Shown here piece after piece: positions 1 to 12,615 of a stretch of 64,000 nucleotides of DNA. Both the position numbers and the translations under genes were made by a program. Numbering within the stretch: the first letter of the stretch is position 1; each line of letters begins with the position of its first letter. The stretch lies in NCBI RefSeq assembly GCF_030028105.1, contig NC_092397.1, positions 42,226,613-42,290,612 of the forward strand, in the 5' to 3' direction. The notes beneath the pieces were generated by a model. That model was not told the origin of the DNA. It worked only from the letters and a program-made list of their open reading frames with translations, and ran no database searches. This DNA comes from Mobula birostris. Taxonomy: Eukaryota.

Positions 1-115
1 TTGCACTACCAACCAAAAACGAAAATCTTGAACTTATAAAGGTCTATCTTCGTAAGTTAATTATAGGCTTTAAAAAAACACGTAAGAGCAAAACCAATAG
101 TACCACAGCCGTACA

Positions 116-1070
116 TTAATTAGTCCGTAGCAGTTCGATAGTGCTCATCCAAGAAACTTTGAACAGCATTGTGGAATAAAAGATACGGTGTGGTCTGTTC
201 GGAGGAGTAATTCTTAAACGCGCAGAATACAACAAAGCTGGTCTGAGACCTTTTTGGTAATATTCCGACATCGGAGATTTGAAAGCCAGCCGCTCCTTCA
301 TCACCATTAGACTGAAATCTTCAAAGAGACGAAATTCATAATCTTGAAATTTAATCATACCTTGCCGACGGGCAATTCGGACGAGATGCTCTTTAACGTG
401 AACATAATGGATTTCGACGAAGTGTACGGTGAACACGATCAAGCAATGGAGGGTGGTCCGGGAATTCACAGCTAAAACGCATCCTTTAAAAGTTACGAAA
501 AGAATTTTGAAGGGTCCCCTTCCTCGACATACTCGGGGAGACAAATTACAATTTAGTTCTGTTTTGTGGATCGATTTTCAAGATCAATAATCTTGGATTT
601 AAAAATCTTCAGTTGTTTAGACGTCGAAGACAATTTTTGTTCCAAGCTCTCAATTTTCAGATCTTTCTTCCGAGCTGCGTCGTTCAATTCTGCAATTTTG
701 CTTTGTTGCTGTTTAATTTCGTAACGAAGCGATTCCAAAGAATCCTTAAGTGACTTCAAGTCTTCAAAACTTCGACGTTCTTCCTCAAATTTTTCTCTTA
801 AAAGATTCAACAGTTAATGCTGTTTGCTTAGGTTCACCTTCTCCCGTCCCATTACCGTCGGAATCTTTCCCATTTTCAGGATCTGCCACTTTAGACCTTG
901 TACTTATTTCTTTGCTCATTTCTTCAAATTTCACAATCAAAGCTCAAGGATAATTCAATAGTATAAATCTTTCAATGTAGGTAAAAATAAATTGAATAAG
1001 GGTGATCATAGGTTAAAACAAAGTAATGGTAATGGACCGAAGCCAAAATTAACCTCACTCCATGAGCGCC
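116..1070 (-). mobile_element. L1-clade LINE 5' end, degraded ORF1p (coiled coil plus RRM/CTD)
   Basis: ORF 553..810 is a heptad coiled coil ending IDLENRS; ORF 116..544 has FEDFS...RLAFK...KGLRPALLYSARLRIT, typical of the L1 ORF1p C-terminus; frameshifted. Confidence 0.8.
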
Positions 1071-1099
1071 TCCTGGGGATCCAGACAGCAAAATCACTG

Positions 1100-1736
1100 C
1101 ACAGTGACGGCCCGCGGCCGCTCCTCTGATTGACAGCTACATCGCTCCTCCTCTCGGGCTGCGGCCGCGCTGTCACGTGACAGCACAGCCTCTTGCGGAA
1201 AGACGTCCAAGAGCCAGAGTGCAGTCTTGGAAAAGTCCCCAGGGTCGGGGAGGGCCCTGGACCCGGGGTCGAGTTGAGGTTTCCCCCGCCAAGCGGCCCT
1301 TTTCCATGAAGAGTACATTGACCCATTTGCAGCTTTACCAGCGGCTCCTCTGATTGACAGCTCACTCTGCCCCGCCTCCTGGGCCGCTGCCTTCCCGTCC
1401 CGTTGCCGAGTCGCTGCCTGTGACGTCACAGAGAAGCAAATGGACCTGAGACTCGTTTCCTCGGCAACGGGCCGCGGAGGGGGGAGGGGGAGCGCCCTGG
1501 GCCCGGGGGTGGAGGTGAGGCTTCCTCCCCCCCCGGCGGGGCGGTAGCGACTGAACTGAAGGGTCGGTCTGAACTCGCTGCCCTTTGGAAGAATGAGGGG
1601 TGATGGAATGGGCCACAGAGGTGATGGTTCGCTGCCATTACCATGTGGATGTGGGAGCGGACTGGTGGACCCGACTGCGTCTCCACTGTGAACACCGGCT
1701 TCTTCTCTTCCTGCCTGCCGACCGGTAATAGTGAGT
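1100..1736 (+). promoter_or_regulatory. CpG-rich promoter plus putative non-coding first exon (copy 1)
   Basis: TGATTGACAG at 1127 and 1351, palindromic E-box GCTGTCACGTGACAGC 1169-1184, GC box ~1369, palindromic CRE CTGTGACGTCACAG 1418-1431, RFX X-box-like GTTTCCTCGGCAAC 1455-1468, splice donor GTGAGT at 1731. Confidence 0.65.
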
Positions 1737-1919
1737 GTCCGTCTGAGTTTCAACACACAACACACGTGGGACAGTCCAGCACGGGGAAAGGCCCTTCAGC
1801 CCACAGTGTCTGCACTGACCACAACTGATCCCATCTGGCTGAACCTGTCCATATCCCTCCAGTCCCTGGCTGTTCGTGCCTGACCAAACACCTCCTCAAC
1901 TTTACTGGTTACTACCTAC

Positions 1920-2850
1920 CATCACACCAGCTTCCGTGTCCAGCACATAATTCTCTGAAACTTCTGCTATCTCCAACAGGATCCCACCACCAAACACATC
2001 TCTCTGCTTTCCGCAGGGATTGCTTCCTACACAACTACCTTGTCCGCTCATCCCTCCCCCCTGATCTCCCTCCAGGCGCTTATTCTTGCAGGCAGAATAA
2101 GTGCTACACCTGCCCCTACCCCTCACTATCTTTCAGGGCCCTCAACAGTCCCTCCAGGTGAGGCAGCACTACCTGTAAGTCTGTTGGGGTGATGTACTGT
2201 GTTCAGTGCTCTTGGTGTAGCTTCCTGCATATCGATGAGACCCCATGTAGATTGGAGACCACTTCACCATGAATCAGCACTCCATCCACCAGAGCAGTGG
2301 GCACCCATTTTAATTCCACTTCCCGTTCCCATTCTGATATGTCCAGCGATGGTTTCCTCCAGTGTCGTGATGAGGCCACACGTCAGTTGGAGAAACGACT
2401 CCTTATATTCTGTTTGGGTAGCCTCCAACATGATGGTAAGAACATCTATTTCTCAAACTTATGGTAATGCCACCAACACCCCTCCCCATCACCATTTCCC
2501 AACCCCTTTTCCCTCTCTCACCTTATCCCCTTCCCTGCCTATTGTTTCCCACTGGTGCTCCTTCCCCTTTTTCTTCCTTCCATGGCCTTCGGTCAATTTC
2601 ACCAATCAACTTCCCAGCTCTTTACTTCACCCGTCCCCCTCCAGTATTCACCCATCACCTCTCTGTCTTCTCCCACCTTATAAATCTACTCCTCAGCTTT
2701 TTTTTCTCCAGACCTGCCCAAGGGTTTCAACCTGAAATGTCAACTGTACTTTTTTTTCCCCCACAGATGCTGCCTGGCCTGTTGAGTTCTTCCAGCATTT
2801 TGTGTGTGTTTTCAGATTTCCAGCATCTGCAGATTTTCTCTTGTTTGTGA
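1920..2850 (+). mobile_element. Penelope-like element fragment (GIY-YIG region plus 3' pseudo-LTR with degenerate hammerhead)
   Basis: Decayed VMYCVQCSWCSFLHIDET GIY-YIG motif ~2190-2240; 3' end homologous to 24600-24720. Confidence 0.8.
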
Positions 2851-2869
2851 TTTAAACATTATTGGTGTG

Positions 2870-5800
2870 TCAGCTTCACCTTCCCCGGCAGCATTTTTCA
2901 AACACGCACCAGTCTCCGTGGAAAATAAGAACTCACCTCCCAAATCTATTTTAAACATTCCCTCTCTCCTTTTAAATTAAAGCTCTGCTCTTGAGTACCT
3001 GATATTTGCTGCCTGTGTAAAAGTCTGTCTACCTTATTTATTATATAAGTCTCTGCTCAGCCTTTGAAACTCAGCAGTAAAAGATGTACGTTTGTTCAAT
3101 CTAATGTTATAACTGAAACTGTCTTTCCTGTGATGTGACAACCAGATCTGATCACAAGACGCCTGAAGTGATCTGACCAAAGCTGTATGCAGCTGCAACA
3201 TGGCTGCCAACTTTTATCCTTAACAGCTGAGCCCCTTCACCATGATGTCCAGTTTTGTCATTTTCAGGAGGAATCTTTTTCTGCGACCCAACATCCCCCT
3301 GTATCTCAGTGCTTCAAAGGCTCCTGTCATTCCTGCATCCTTTGGCTTTGCAATGAGAATCAGAGTTAATACAATGTGGAAAACAGGTGCTTTGGCTGTC
3401 CTCCTCCCTGCTGAGCTAATCCAGCCTGGCTCTGCTGAGCCCATAGACCTCGAAACCTTTGCTATCCGTGTACTTACTGAGATGGTTTTAGAACGTTTCT
3501 AATGTGTCTGCCTCTACCACTGGCAGCTCATTCCAAATACACACCACTCTCTACACATTATGTCCCTTTTAAATCTCTTGCCTCTGATCTGAAACACCAG
3601 CCCTCTTGGTTTTACCAACCCTTTCCTGGTTCCATTGATCTTACATCCCTCTATCAGGTTCACCCCTTAATCTGTATGCTCCAGGGTATAAAATACTCGT
3701 CTATACCACCTCTCCTTATAACTCAGACGCCCAAGTCCAAATGACAACCCGGCAATTTTTCTTTCTCTGTGCTCTTTCTAGTTTAAAAACATATTTTTGC
3801 TACAAATGGCTGATCAAAACTATACACTGTATCCCAAGTCTGTACTGTAACTTGTGTATCTACAACACCTTCACCACCGTATCTAGCTGAGATGTCACTT
3901 TCAGTCAACAATACATTCACATCGACATTATTTATATAAATTACAAACAACAAAGGTCCCGGCACCCAGTGGCACACCACTGGACAGAGACCTCCAGTCT
4001 GAGGCACAACCCTCAACCATCAGCCTCTGCTTCCTGTCACTGAGGCAATTATGAAACTAATAGACTAACTCTCATGGATTTCATCTTCCAGATCTAACCT
4101 TCCAGACCTGTGTCAAAGGCCTGGTTAATGTCCATACAGACAACATCCACAGCCCTAACCTCATCAACGCTCTTGTGAAACTCTTCGCAGAGCTGCAAGA
4201 AATTTGTCAGACATGATTTCCTTTACACAAAGCTGTGCTGACTGTCCTGAGTCAGACCAAATGTTGGTAGATCCAGTCCCTCAGAAACTACCCCCCCACC
4301 CCAGCAATTTACCCAACAACTGGCCTGTAGTTTCTTGGCTAGTTTTCACAACCCTTTTGAAACAATGGCACCTCATTAAACTGTGAGTCCTTGTCATAGG
4401 AGCAGGATTAGGCCATTCGGCCCATCCTGTCTGTTCTGCCATTCCATCATGCTGGATTTATTATTCCCCATTCTCCTGCCTTGTCCCCATAAACTCTGAT
4501 GCCCTTAATAATTAAAAACCTTCTAACCACTGCTTTAAATATACCTAATGACTGCCTTTATGCCCATCTGTGGCAATGAATTCCATTGACTCATCACCTT
4601 CTGATGAAAGAAATTCCTCCTCATATCTGTTCCAGAGAGAAATCTCTCTACTCTGAAAGTGTGATTCCTCCATTATTGGAAACATCCTCTCACATCAACT
4701 CTATCTAGGGCTTTCAGTATTCAATAGTTTTCAATACTATCCTCTGTCATTCCTCTAGACTGCAGCCAGTACAGGCCAAGAGCATCAAATGATCATTACG
4801 CCGTTGTCCCTTCAGTCCCGGGATCATTCTCGTGAGTCTCCCCTGCAGCCTCTGCAATGCCAGCAGCTGAAAAGTGACCCACATCTGCTCATAATCCTCC
4901 AAATAAGGTCTGACCAAACCCTTGTAAAGCCTCAGCATTAGCTGTTTGTTTTTATATTCTAGTTCGCTTGAAATGAATGAGAACACTACATTTGTCTTCC
5001 TCCTGACCAGCTCAACGTGCACATTGACCTTCAGGTGACCCCGAAGTTCCTTTGCACGTCTGATTTCTCAATTCACTCCCTGATTACAAACAGCTTACAC
5101 TTTTATTTCTCCCACTAGAGTACATGACCACACACATCCTTACACTGTATTTCATCTGGCACTTCCTTGTCCATTCTCTAAATCTGTCCGAGTGCTACTG
5201 CAGACTCCCTGCTTCCTCAACATTGCCCGCCTTTACATCTCTGCTTGTGTCATCCACAGAGTTGGCCTTAAAACTATCAGTTCTGGATTAGTCACTGTCC
5301 AGCTATGGCCTGAGATGAAGCAACAGTCTCTTCCCTGGCCTCCACAGTGTATTCTCCAGCTTCCCACAAAGTACGAGAAGGTACCTGATAAAGCCCTGGA
5401 GATTTAACAACCTTAATGCAGCTTAAGGCCTCCAATAGAGATCACTGCCCATTTGAATGTCGTCTAAGACATCACAGCTCATTTCTGTCACTTCCTTAGT
5501 TTCCGCATTTTCTCAATGGTGAAATAACTGTGGGGAATATTCATGGAAAGCCTCTCCTGTTTCCTTCGTTTGCACATACCGAGGCCATGTTCATCTCCAA
5601 GGGGAATGATTCTCTGTCTAACTTCCCTTTTCCTATGAATATACCAAGAGAATCTCTTGGGATTTTGTTCACTTTGCCTTCCAAATCCTGATATCCTCAT
5701 TTTACCCTCCTAACTTTTATGAGAGATCCTACGTCTAAGAGTATTTCCCGAGCATTGATCCAAATCTCACCAGTCTCACCAGGAATTATAATTTCCTGTT

Positions 5801-6750
5801 TGTCTCTATTGCTTGAGGAACAACATGCCCTGGAATATCAGCATCACTCCCTTCTCTGATCTCACTATCCTCCATGACCACGTTGATGAATACTGATGTG
5901 AAGTACTGGTTTAGTCCCTCGCCCACTTCCTCTGGATCCAGACATCAACTCTCTCCTTTGTCCTTGTGTTGTCGTACCTTCTCTATGGTGCCCCTTTTCA
6001 CCAAAGTCATTTTTTGTCCCAGTTTGGCACTTCTGATTCTCCCTTTAACTTTTTGCTTGCTTGCTTCAAATTGCCAGAGGCCTTCTCCAATTTTTACATT
6101 TAAAACATTCCTTATGCTTCCTTTTTTCTTTCAGTCTGAATTTATAACATCTCTCAGCATACATATCTGTCGGACATTACCATCCTTGTCTTTCCTCCTC
6201 GTAGAGACAGTTTTGTCTGAATTCTGACCCAATTGCCTTTAATCATCACTCACACGTTAAATGTGGACTGACCGATCACAGCTGCACCCAGTCCCCTCTC
6301 CCCAGTTCCTGCCCAACACAGTTGCCATTAGCTGTACCCCAAATGACCACATTACCACCGGGTCCAGTCTTGTCCTTATTTACTGTTCCCAAATTGCAAC
6401 TTCTATCAATGGTCAGGCTCATTTCCCAACACAATGTCTTCTATGACCTGCTTCCCTGGTTAGATTATTCTCTTCTGTGTTAAGAAACATCCCAGGATAC
6501 TTCCAACAAGCTCTGCAACAATCTAAGCCCCTGGCTGTAAGGGAGTCCCAGTCAACACAGGGGAAATTAAATTCACCCACTACAACTACTCTTTTGCTTT
6601 TTCCTCTTTCATTACCTGCTACATTTCTGTTCCTTTATCTCCTGCTGGCATTTGGGAGATCTGTGGTATAACCCCATCAGTGAATACACCTCTCTTATCC
6701 TGAGCTCTATCCACATTGTCCCACTGGATAATCCCTGCAGTCATCCGTTA
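2870..6750 (-). mobile_element. Mosaic of decayed CR1 LINE fragments
   Basis: ORF 4747..5022 (LYKGLVRPYLED...RLTRMIPGLKG) and ORF 5488..5700 (NPKRFSWYIHRKR) are CR1 ORF2 motifs; many stops. Confidence 0.75.
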
Positions 6751-7139
6751 TCCCCATCCCTCTTGGTAGGGAATTCTAGTGCTTTCTATACAGTGTTATG
6801 TTTTTTATCAGACTGTGCCTTTGTAGAACAGTATAGGTGTGTATTGTAGTTTCTTGCAGCTCATAATTTTGCACATCATAGTCTCGAACAGTCATCAGAT
6901 TGTGTAAAAGGAGAGAGAGTTTAAACAAAGTGAGCAGGGGCAGTTGGCACATTTTGCATGTCACATTTCCCAAGGAGACATTTCATTGTCCATAATTGGG
7001 AACTTGACAAGATCCAATAAAATAAGTTGGGTTTACACAGAGCAGTCATTGCATGACTGGGCCAGAATTGGAGTGGGGAGGGGTAAGCCGGACATAGATA
7101 GTTTTTCTTTATTCTTTATTATTTTCTTATTACACATTT

Positions 7140-8330
7140 AGAGAAGAGGGGATGCCAGACAAAGTACTAGATTGCTCCTCTTGCTGGATGTGGGAAGAAA
7201 TGGAGACCTCCAGTGTCCCTGATGACTACTCTTGCAAGAAGGCAGACAGCTGAAAGTTTTACCAGGCCATGCTGAGGAGTTGAAGATTGAACTGGATGAA
7301 CTCTGGATGCCTCGAGAGACTGAGTTGTTGATAGACAGGACATGGGGGAAGTGATTAAACCCAAGGTGCTGGATGATTGTCAGGAGTGGGGGAGTGAATA
7401 GGAAGACAATGCAGAGTACCCCTGTGGCTGTTCCCGGCAACAACATGTGTACCGCTTTGGAATACCGTGGGCCACATGGGTCAGGTATCTGGCTTTGTGG
7501 TTCGGTGGGGGAGGGGGAAGAGGGGAGAAGAGGTGAGCTGTAGTGAGGGGGATTCATTGGCTCGGGGAACAGAAAGGAGTTTCTGTGAATGTGAACAAGG
7601 TTCGCAAATGGTTATTGCCTCCTGGGTGCCAGGATCAGAGAGACATCTCAGATTCATTTCACAGCATTCCTAACTGGGAGTGTGAGCAGCCTGAGGTTCT
7701 GATTCACTTATTTACCAATGACGTGGACAGGGTGACTGTCGACGTCCTGCAAAGTGAGTTCAGGGAGTTAGGTGCTAAGTTAAGGACAAGATCCCCCAGG
7801 ATTGTGATTTTCAGGAATGCTACCTGTGCTACATGCTAGCGAGGTCAGAAATAGGAAGATCATCCAGTTCAAGGAGGCTCAGGAGTTGCTGCAGGAGGGA
7901 GGGCTTCAGCTTTTTCGATCACTGGGCTCTCTGCAAGGAAAGGTGGAACCTACAGAAGGAACGGTTTGCACCTGAACTGGAGGGGACTAATATCCCAGTG
8001 GGAAGGTTTGCTGGGGGTTATGGTTTGAACTAGAGGGGCAGGGGGATGAGAACCAGAACAGACAGTGGAATTAGTATGGGAAAAGATGTTCTTCACCTCA
8101 CCAACAAAGTCAGGAATCAAAAGGTTGAGCAAGGTAGGACTAATGTTCTGAGCTGCATATAATTTGAATGTGAGGAGTATTGTAGGAAAGGCAGAGAAGG
8201 TCAGGACCTGGGTCAGCTTGTGGAGTTATGACATTGTAGCCATTAGTGAGACTTGTACGGTACATAGCAGGTATAGACAGGCAGAGACAAATTGGGTACT
8301 TGAGTTTAATGGGGTGAAAAGAAAACATGA
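7140..8330 (+). mobile_element. CR1 ORF1 (SGNH esterase) and start of endonuclease, decayed
   Basis: GDS motif, QPEVLIHLFTND, FSFFDHW; NVRSIVGKAEK...YDIVAISET endonuclease start. Confidence 0.8.
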
Positions 8331-8334
8331 GGTT

Positions 8335-9085
8335 AGAAACATAGAAAAGCTACAGCACAATACAGGCCCTTCGGCCCACAAAGCTCTGCTGAACATGTCC
8401 TTACCTTAGAAATTACTGAGGGTTACCCATAGCCCTCTATTTTTCTAAGCTCCATGCTCTTATCCAGGAGTCCTTTAAAAGACCCTCGTATCCACCTCCA
8501 TCACCGTTGCCTGCAGCCCATTATAAACACTCACCACTCTCTGTGGGAAAGAACATACCCCTGGCATCAACTCTGTACCTATTTCCAAGCACCTTAAAAC
8601 TGTGCTCTCTCGTGCTAGCCATTTCAGCCCTAGGAAAAAGCCTCTGACTATCCACACGATCACTGCCTCACATTATCTTATACACCTCAAGCAACACACA
8701 TCAAAGTTGCTGGTGAACGCAGCAGGCCAGGCAGCATCTCTAGGAAGAGGTACAGTCAATGTTTCAGGCCGAGACCCTTAGTCCTGACGAAGGGTCTCGG
8801 CCCGAAACGCCGAGTGTACCTCTTCCTAGAGATGCTGCCTGGCCTGCTGCGTTCACCAGCAACTTTGATGTGTGTTGCTTGAATTTCCAGCATCTGCAAA
8901 ATTCCTGTTGTTTGCGATCTTATATACCTCTATCAGGTTACCTCTCATCCTCCGTTGCTCCAAGGAGAAGAGGCTGAGTTCACTCAACCTGTCCTCATAA
9001 GGCATGCCCCCCCCCCGCCACAATCCAAGCAACATCCTTGTAAAGCTCCTCTGCACCCTTTCTGTGGTTTCCACATCCTTCCTGA
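8335..9085 (-). mobile_element. CR1 3' end, interrupted by a Penelope hairpin
   Basis: ERVQRSFTRMLLGL...EDRLSELSLFSLEQRRMRGNLIEVYKI; (ATAGAAAC)-like 3' tail at ~8335. Confidence 0.85.
8689..8916. mobile_element. Fold-back Penelope pseudo-LTR mini-element with hammerhead motif and target-site duplication (TSD)
   Basis: ~93-bp inverted arms 8687-8779 / 8790-8882 around a 10-nt loop; flanking duplication ATCTTATACACCTC 8675-8688 / ATCTTATATACCTC 8917-8930; CTGACGA...GAAA at 8784-8807. Confidence 0.85.
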
Positions 9086-9086
9086 T

Positions 9087-10100
9087 GCTCCTCTGGTGCT
9101 TAAGAAATGGTCTAAGAATAATCGAGAAATTATAGGCCAGTGAGCCTAACATCAGCTGTGGGAAGTTTATTGGAAAGTATTCTAAGCAACCACAGATATG
9201 ATTATTTGGATAGAGAGGGACTGATTGGGAATAGTTAATATAGTTTTGTGTATGGAATATCATGTCTAAATAATCTTGTAGAATTTTTTTGAGGAAGTTA
9301 CTAGGAAAGTTGATGAATGCAAGGGAGTGGATGTAGCCGACATGGACTTTAGCAAGGCCTTTGACAGGGTCTCACCATGGGTGGTTGGTCAAGAAGGTTC
9401 AGTCATTAGGCATTCAAGATGAGGTAGTAAACTGGATTAGGCATTAGGTTTGAGAGTGGTTGTAGATGATTGCCTCTCTGACTGCAGGCCTGTGACTGGT
9501 GGTGTGCCACAGGGATCAGTGCTGACTCCATTGTTTATCATCCAGATCTTTGATATCGATGACAATGTGCTGAACTGGAACAGCAATTTTGTGGATGACA
9601 CCAGGATTGGAGGTATAATGAATAATGAGGAAGATGCTCAAAGCTTGCATTGGGATCTGGAGCAGCTGGAATTTTTGGGAGGGCAAACCAGGGTAGGTCT
9701 TACACAGTGAGCAGTTGGGCACTGAAAAGTGCATTAAAGCTGAGGGATCTGGGAATACAGATTCATAATTCCTAGTAAGTGGCATCACAGATAGATAGGG
9801 TCAAAAAGAAAACTAAGGCACACAGTACTTGATTTACAAAGGGCAAAGCACAGGAGATGAATGTTATGTTGAAGTTGTATAAGACATTGGTGAGGCTTAA
9901 TTTGGAGTATTGTGTGCAGTTGTGGTCACCTACCCACAAGAAAGATGTAAATAAGCTTGAAAGAGTACAGAGAAAATTTACAAGGATGTTTCTGAGACTT
10001 AAGGACCTGCGTTCTCTGGAAAGATCAAATAGGTTAGGATTTTATTCCTTGGAATGCAGAATATTGTTGGGAGATTAGGTATACAAAATTATGAAGGGTG
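9087..10100 (+). mobile_element. CR1 reverse transcriptase fragment, decayed
   Basis: GVPQGSVLTP, FVDDT, LYKTLVRLNLEYCVQLWSP motifs. Confidence 0.85.
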
Positions 10101-10241
10101 TACTGTAGATGGAGTAATGATGTTTACAGGTCAGAGTTACAGCGAAATACTGTAGATGGGGTAATGATGTTTATAGGTCAGAGGTACAGTGAAATACTGT
10201 AGATGGGGTAATGATGTTTATCGGTCAGAGTTACAGTGAAA
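10101..10241. repeat. Minisatellite, 3 x 47 bp
   Basis: Unit TACTGTAGATGGGGTAATGATGTTTATAGGTCAGAGTTACAGTGAAA starting at 10101, 10148 and 10195. Confidence 0.95.
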
Positions 10242-10709
10242 TGCTGGATTGTCCAGCTCTGGGCTGTCAGTATTGTGTTTTATTTAGAGAGCTGTGTGCT
10301 GTACTGGTCTGTGTCCTCACTGGCTGGTGCTGTGCTCTGGCAGCTCAGTGTGCAGTGTCAGTGTTTTTACTGAAGAGTGTCTTTATTACACAAACTAACC
10401 TTGTCTACCATGGACTTTAAACATTGCTGGGAGGTGAGGGGAGTGTTTGGAACCACTGTACCTGACTCTGCAGGATCTGACAAATGCAGCTTTGAACGTC
10501 CTGTTTGTTTATTCCCACAACCCCTGCAGGCAGTGAATCCCAGATGAGAACCGCACTCCTGACAGACAACGGTGGGAATTAAACCCAGGTCGCTGGTACT
10601 GTCACCATTGCGCTGACCACGATGCTCCTGTGCCACCCCTTCCTCTTTAAACCCGTCCATTGATCCAGACCTCATGCCCACCGGGTAAAGATTTCCAAAC
10701 GTTCCCTGC

Positions 10710-11025
10710 ATCAGATGCACGTCAACTCTGGCAGGGGTTGCAGCCATTACTTCCTACAAAGCAAACCCAACATCATGAATGGCAGTGCGCCTTCACAACC
10801 AGATGAGCTCAAACCCTTTTATGCTCACTTTCAGAGGAAGAATAAAGCCACAGCTATGAGGATACGTGCAGCGCCTGATGACCCTGTGATCTCTGTCTTG
10901 GAGGCCGACATCAGGCTGTCTTTCAAGAGACTGAACCCTCGCCGGGCAGCAGGGCCCAATGGAGTACTTGGTAAGGCTCTGAAAACCTGTGCCTACCAAC
11001 TGCGGAAGTGGTCAAAGACATTTTC
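10710..11025 (+). mobile_element. Rex1/Babar LINE fragment (region N-terminal to RT)
   Basis: PDELKPFYAHF...VISVLEADIRLSFKRLNPRRAAGPNGVLGKALKTCAYQL is the Rex1 pre-RT motif. Confidence 0.8.
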
Positions 11026-11179
11026 AGCCGTGAAAGCGGTGCAGAAAGCGAACAAGCCATCGGCAAAGAAATCTGCCATCAAGAAATCTCCCAGCCAAAA
11101 GTCTGGCGCCAAGAAACCAGCGGCTAAGAGAGCGGCAGCGAAGAAACCAGCGACCAAGAAGACAGCAGTCAAAAAGTAA
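11026..11179 (+). pseudogene. Histone H1 C-terminal tail remnant (globular domain missing)
   Basis: K/A/P-rich tail AVKAVQKANKPSAKKSAIKKSPSQKSGAKKPAAKRAAAKKPATKKTAVKK* followed by a histone stem-loop. Confidence 0.85.
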
Positions 11180-11216
11180 ATCGAGAATACACCATTTGTA
11201 AGTGTTTGAACCCAAC

Positions 11217-11254
11217 GGCTCCTCTCAGAGCCACCCACATCTCAGAAAAGAGCT
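11217..11254 (+). terminator. Histone 3' stem-loop (degenerate) and histone downstream element (HDE) of the H1 remnant
   Basis: GGCTCCTCTCAGAGCC-ACCCA 11217-11237 (top stem pair mismatched) and AAAAGAGCT 11246-11254. Confidence 0.85.
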
Positions 11255-12067
11255 CATCATGAATATTGGGATTCCCGCGCCGGGTCCGACTGAATTTTCC
11301 AGGGGAACTTCTCGCATAAAACCCGATATTCCCGGTACCTCGCTGACATTCAGTGCGGCCGTGACGCCCCAGATTTGAAGTGAAACACTGAGTTTCACTC
11401 AGGCTGTGTGTGTGTGAGTGAGTGAGAGATTGAGACATGTGATGTAGTTGCAGGCCCAGTCCCTTCTCCCATGCCAGGAGAGTGACTGAGACACTGACAC
11501 CAGCGGAGATTCCGCGCCTCACACCCCAACGCCCGATTCAGCTGAGTTGATTGGGAACTGCTGAAACCAATGCGAGAGGGGAGGGGGCGTCTTGAGAGAC
11601 GGATCCGTCTCTGGGGATGGACTGCAGGGGGAGGATATATGATAAACTACCCGGTGGCATTGCCGACTGACCTTCATTGTTACCAGCCAAAACACCAACA
11701 TTATATATGTACAAGAGAGTGAAATCAAATTAACACAAAATATGCACAACTGCCTGGGGTCACCGCTCCAGGAAATGCCCCTCTGTACCCACCGCGACCG
11801 CATGCTCCCACTCCAAGGACAGCCGGTCATGTCCAAAGCAAACATAACGGCAACAGCCGCACCAACAGTTTATGGCATGTTTGTGGAAGAAGTGAAGGGT
11901 CAGGTTAAACGCTGACGGGGAGGGAGCGCGTTCATCTGTCTATCGCTGAATTAACCGGTCGGCACAGAACAGCTGATGATCACGGTCAGTCAGTCAGAGC
12001 AAAACCGAACAACCCCATCAGGAGGGCAGATCGCCACTACAATAATACTATGATCAGCAAGCGCCAG

Positions 12068-12105
12068 CCCTTTCCTTTGCTGTGGTAGTGGCTCTTAAAA
12101 GAGCC
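12068..12105 (-). terminator. H3 histone stem-loop and purine-rich HDE
   Basis: Minus-strand GGCTCTTTTAAGAGCC 12105-12090, then GCAAAGGAAAGGG. Confidence 0.95.
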
Positions 12106-12134
12106 TTTTCTTGGGTTTGTTGTGGAGGCCGGGT

Positions 12135-12551
<417 letters not shown>

Positions 12552-12615
12552 TCAGAACCGAGAACACAGGCTGAAATACAGGAACGAGATAGACGAAACG
12601 TGCTTCGGGACAGGA

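Noticed and set aside
1094-1765. 223-aa minus-strand ORF in the CpG-rich region
   Set aside because: Low-complexity P/G/R/A product expected from GC-rich promoter DNA; no recognisable domain
10101-10241. Regular repeats suggestive of CRISPR
   Set aside because: Contiguous tandem units without unique spacers; eukaryotic context; no cas genes
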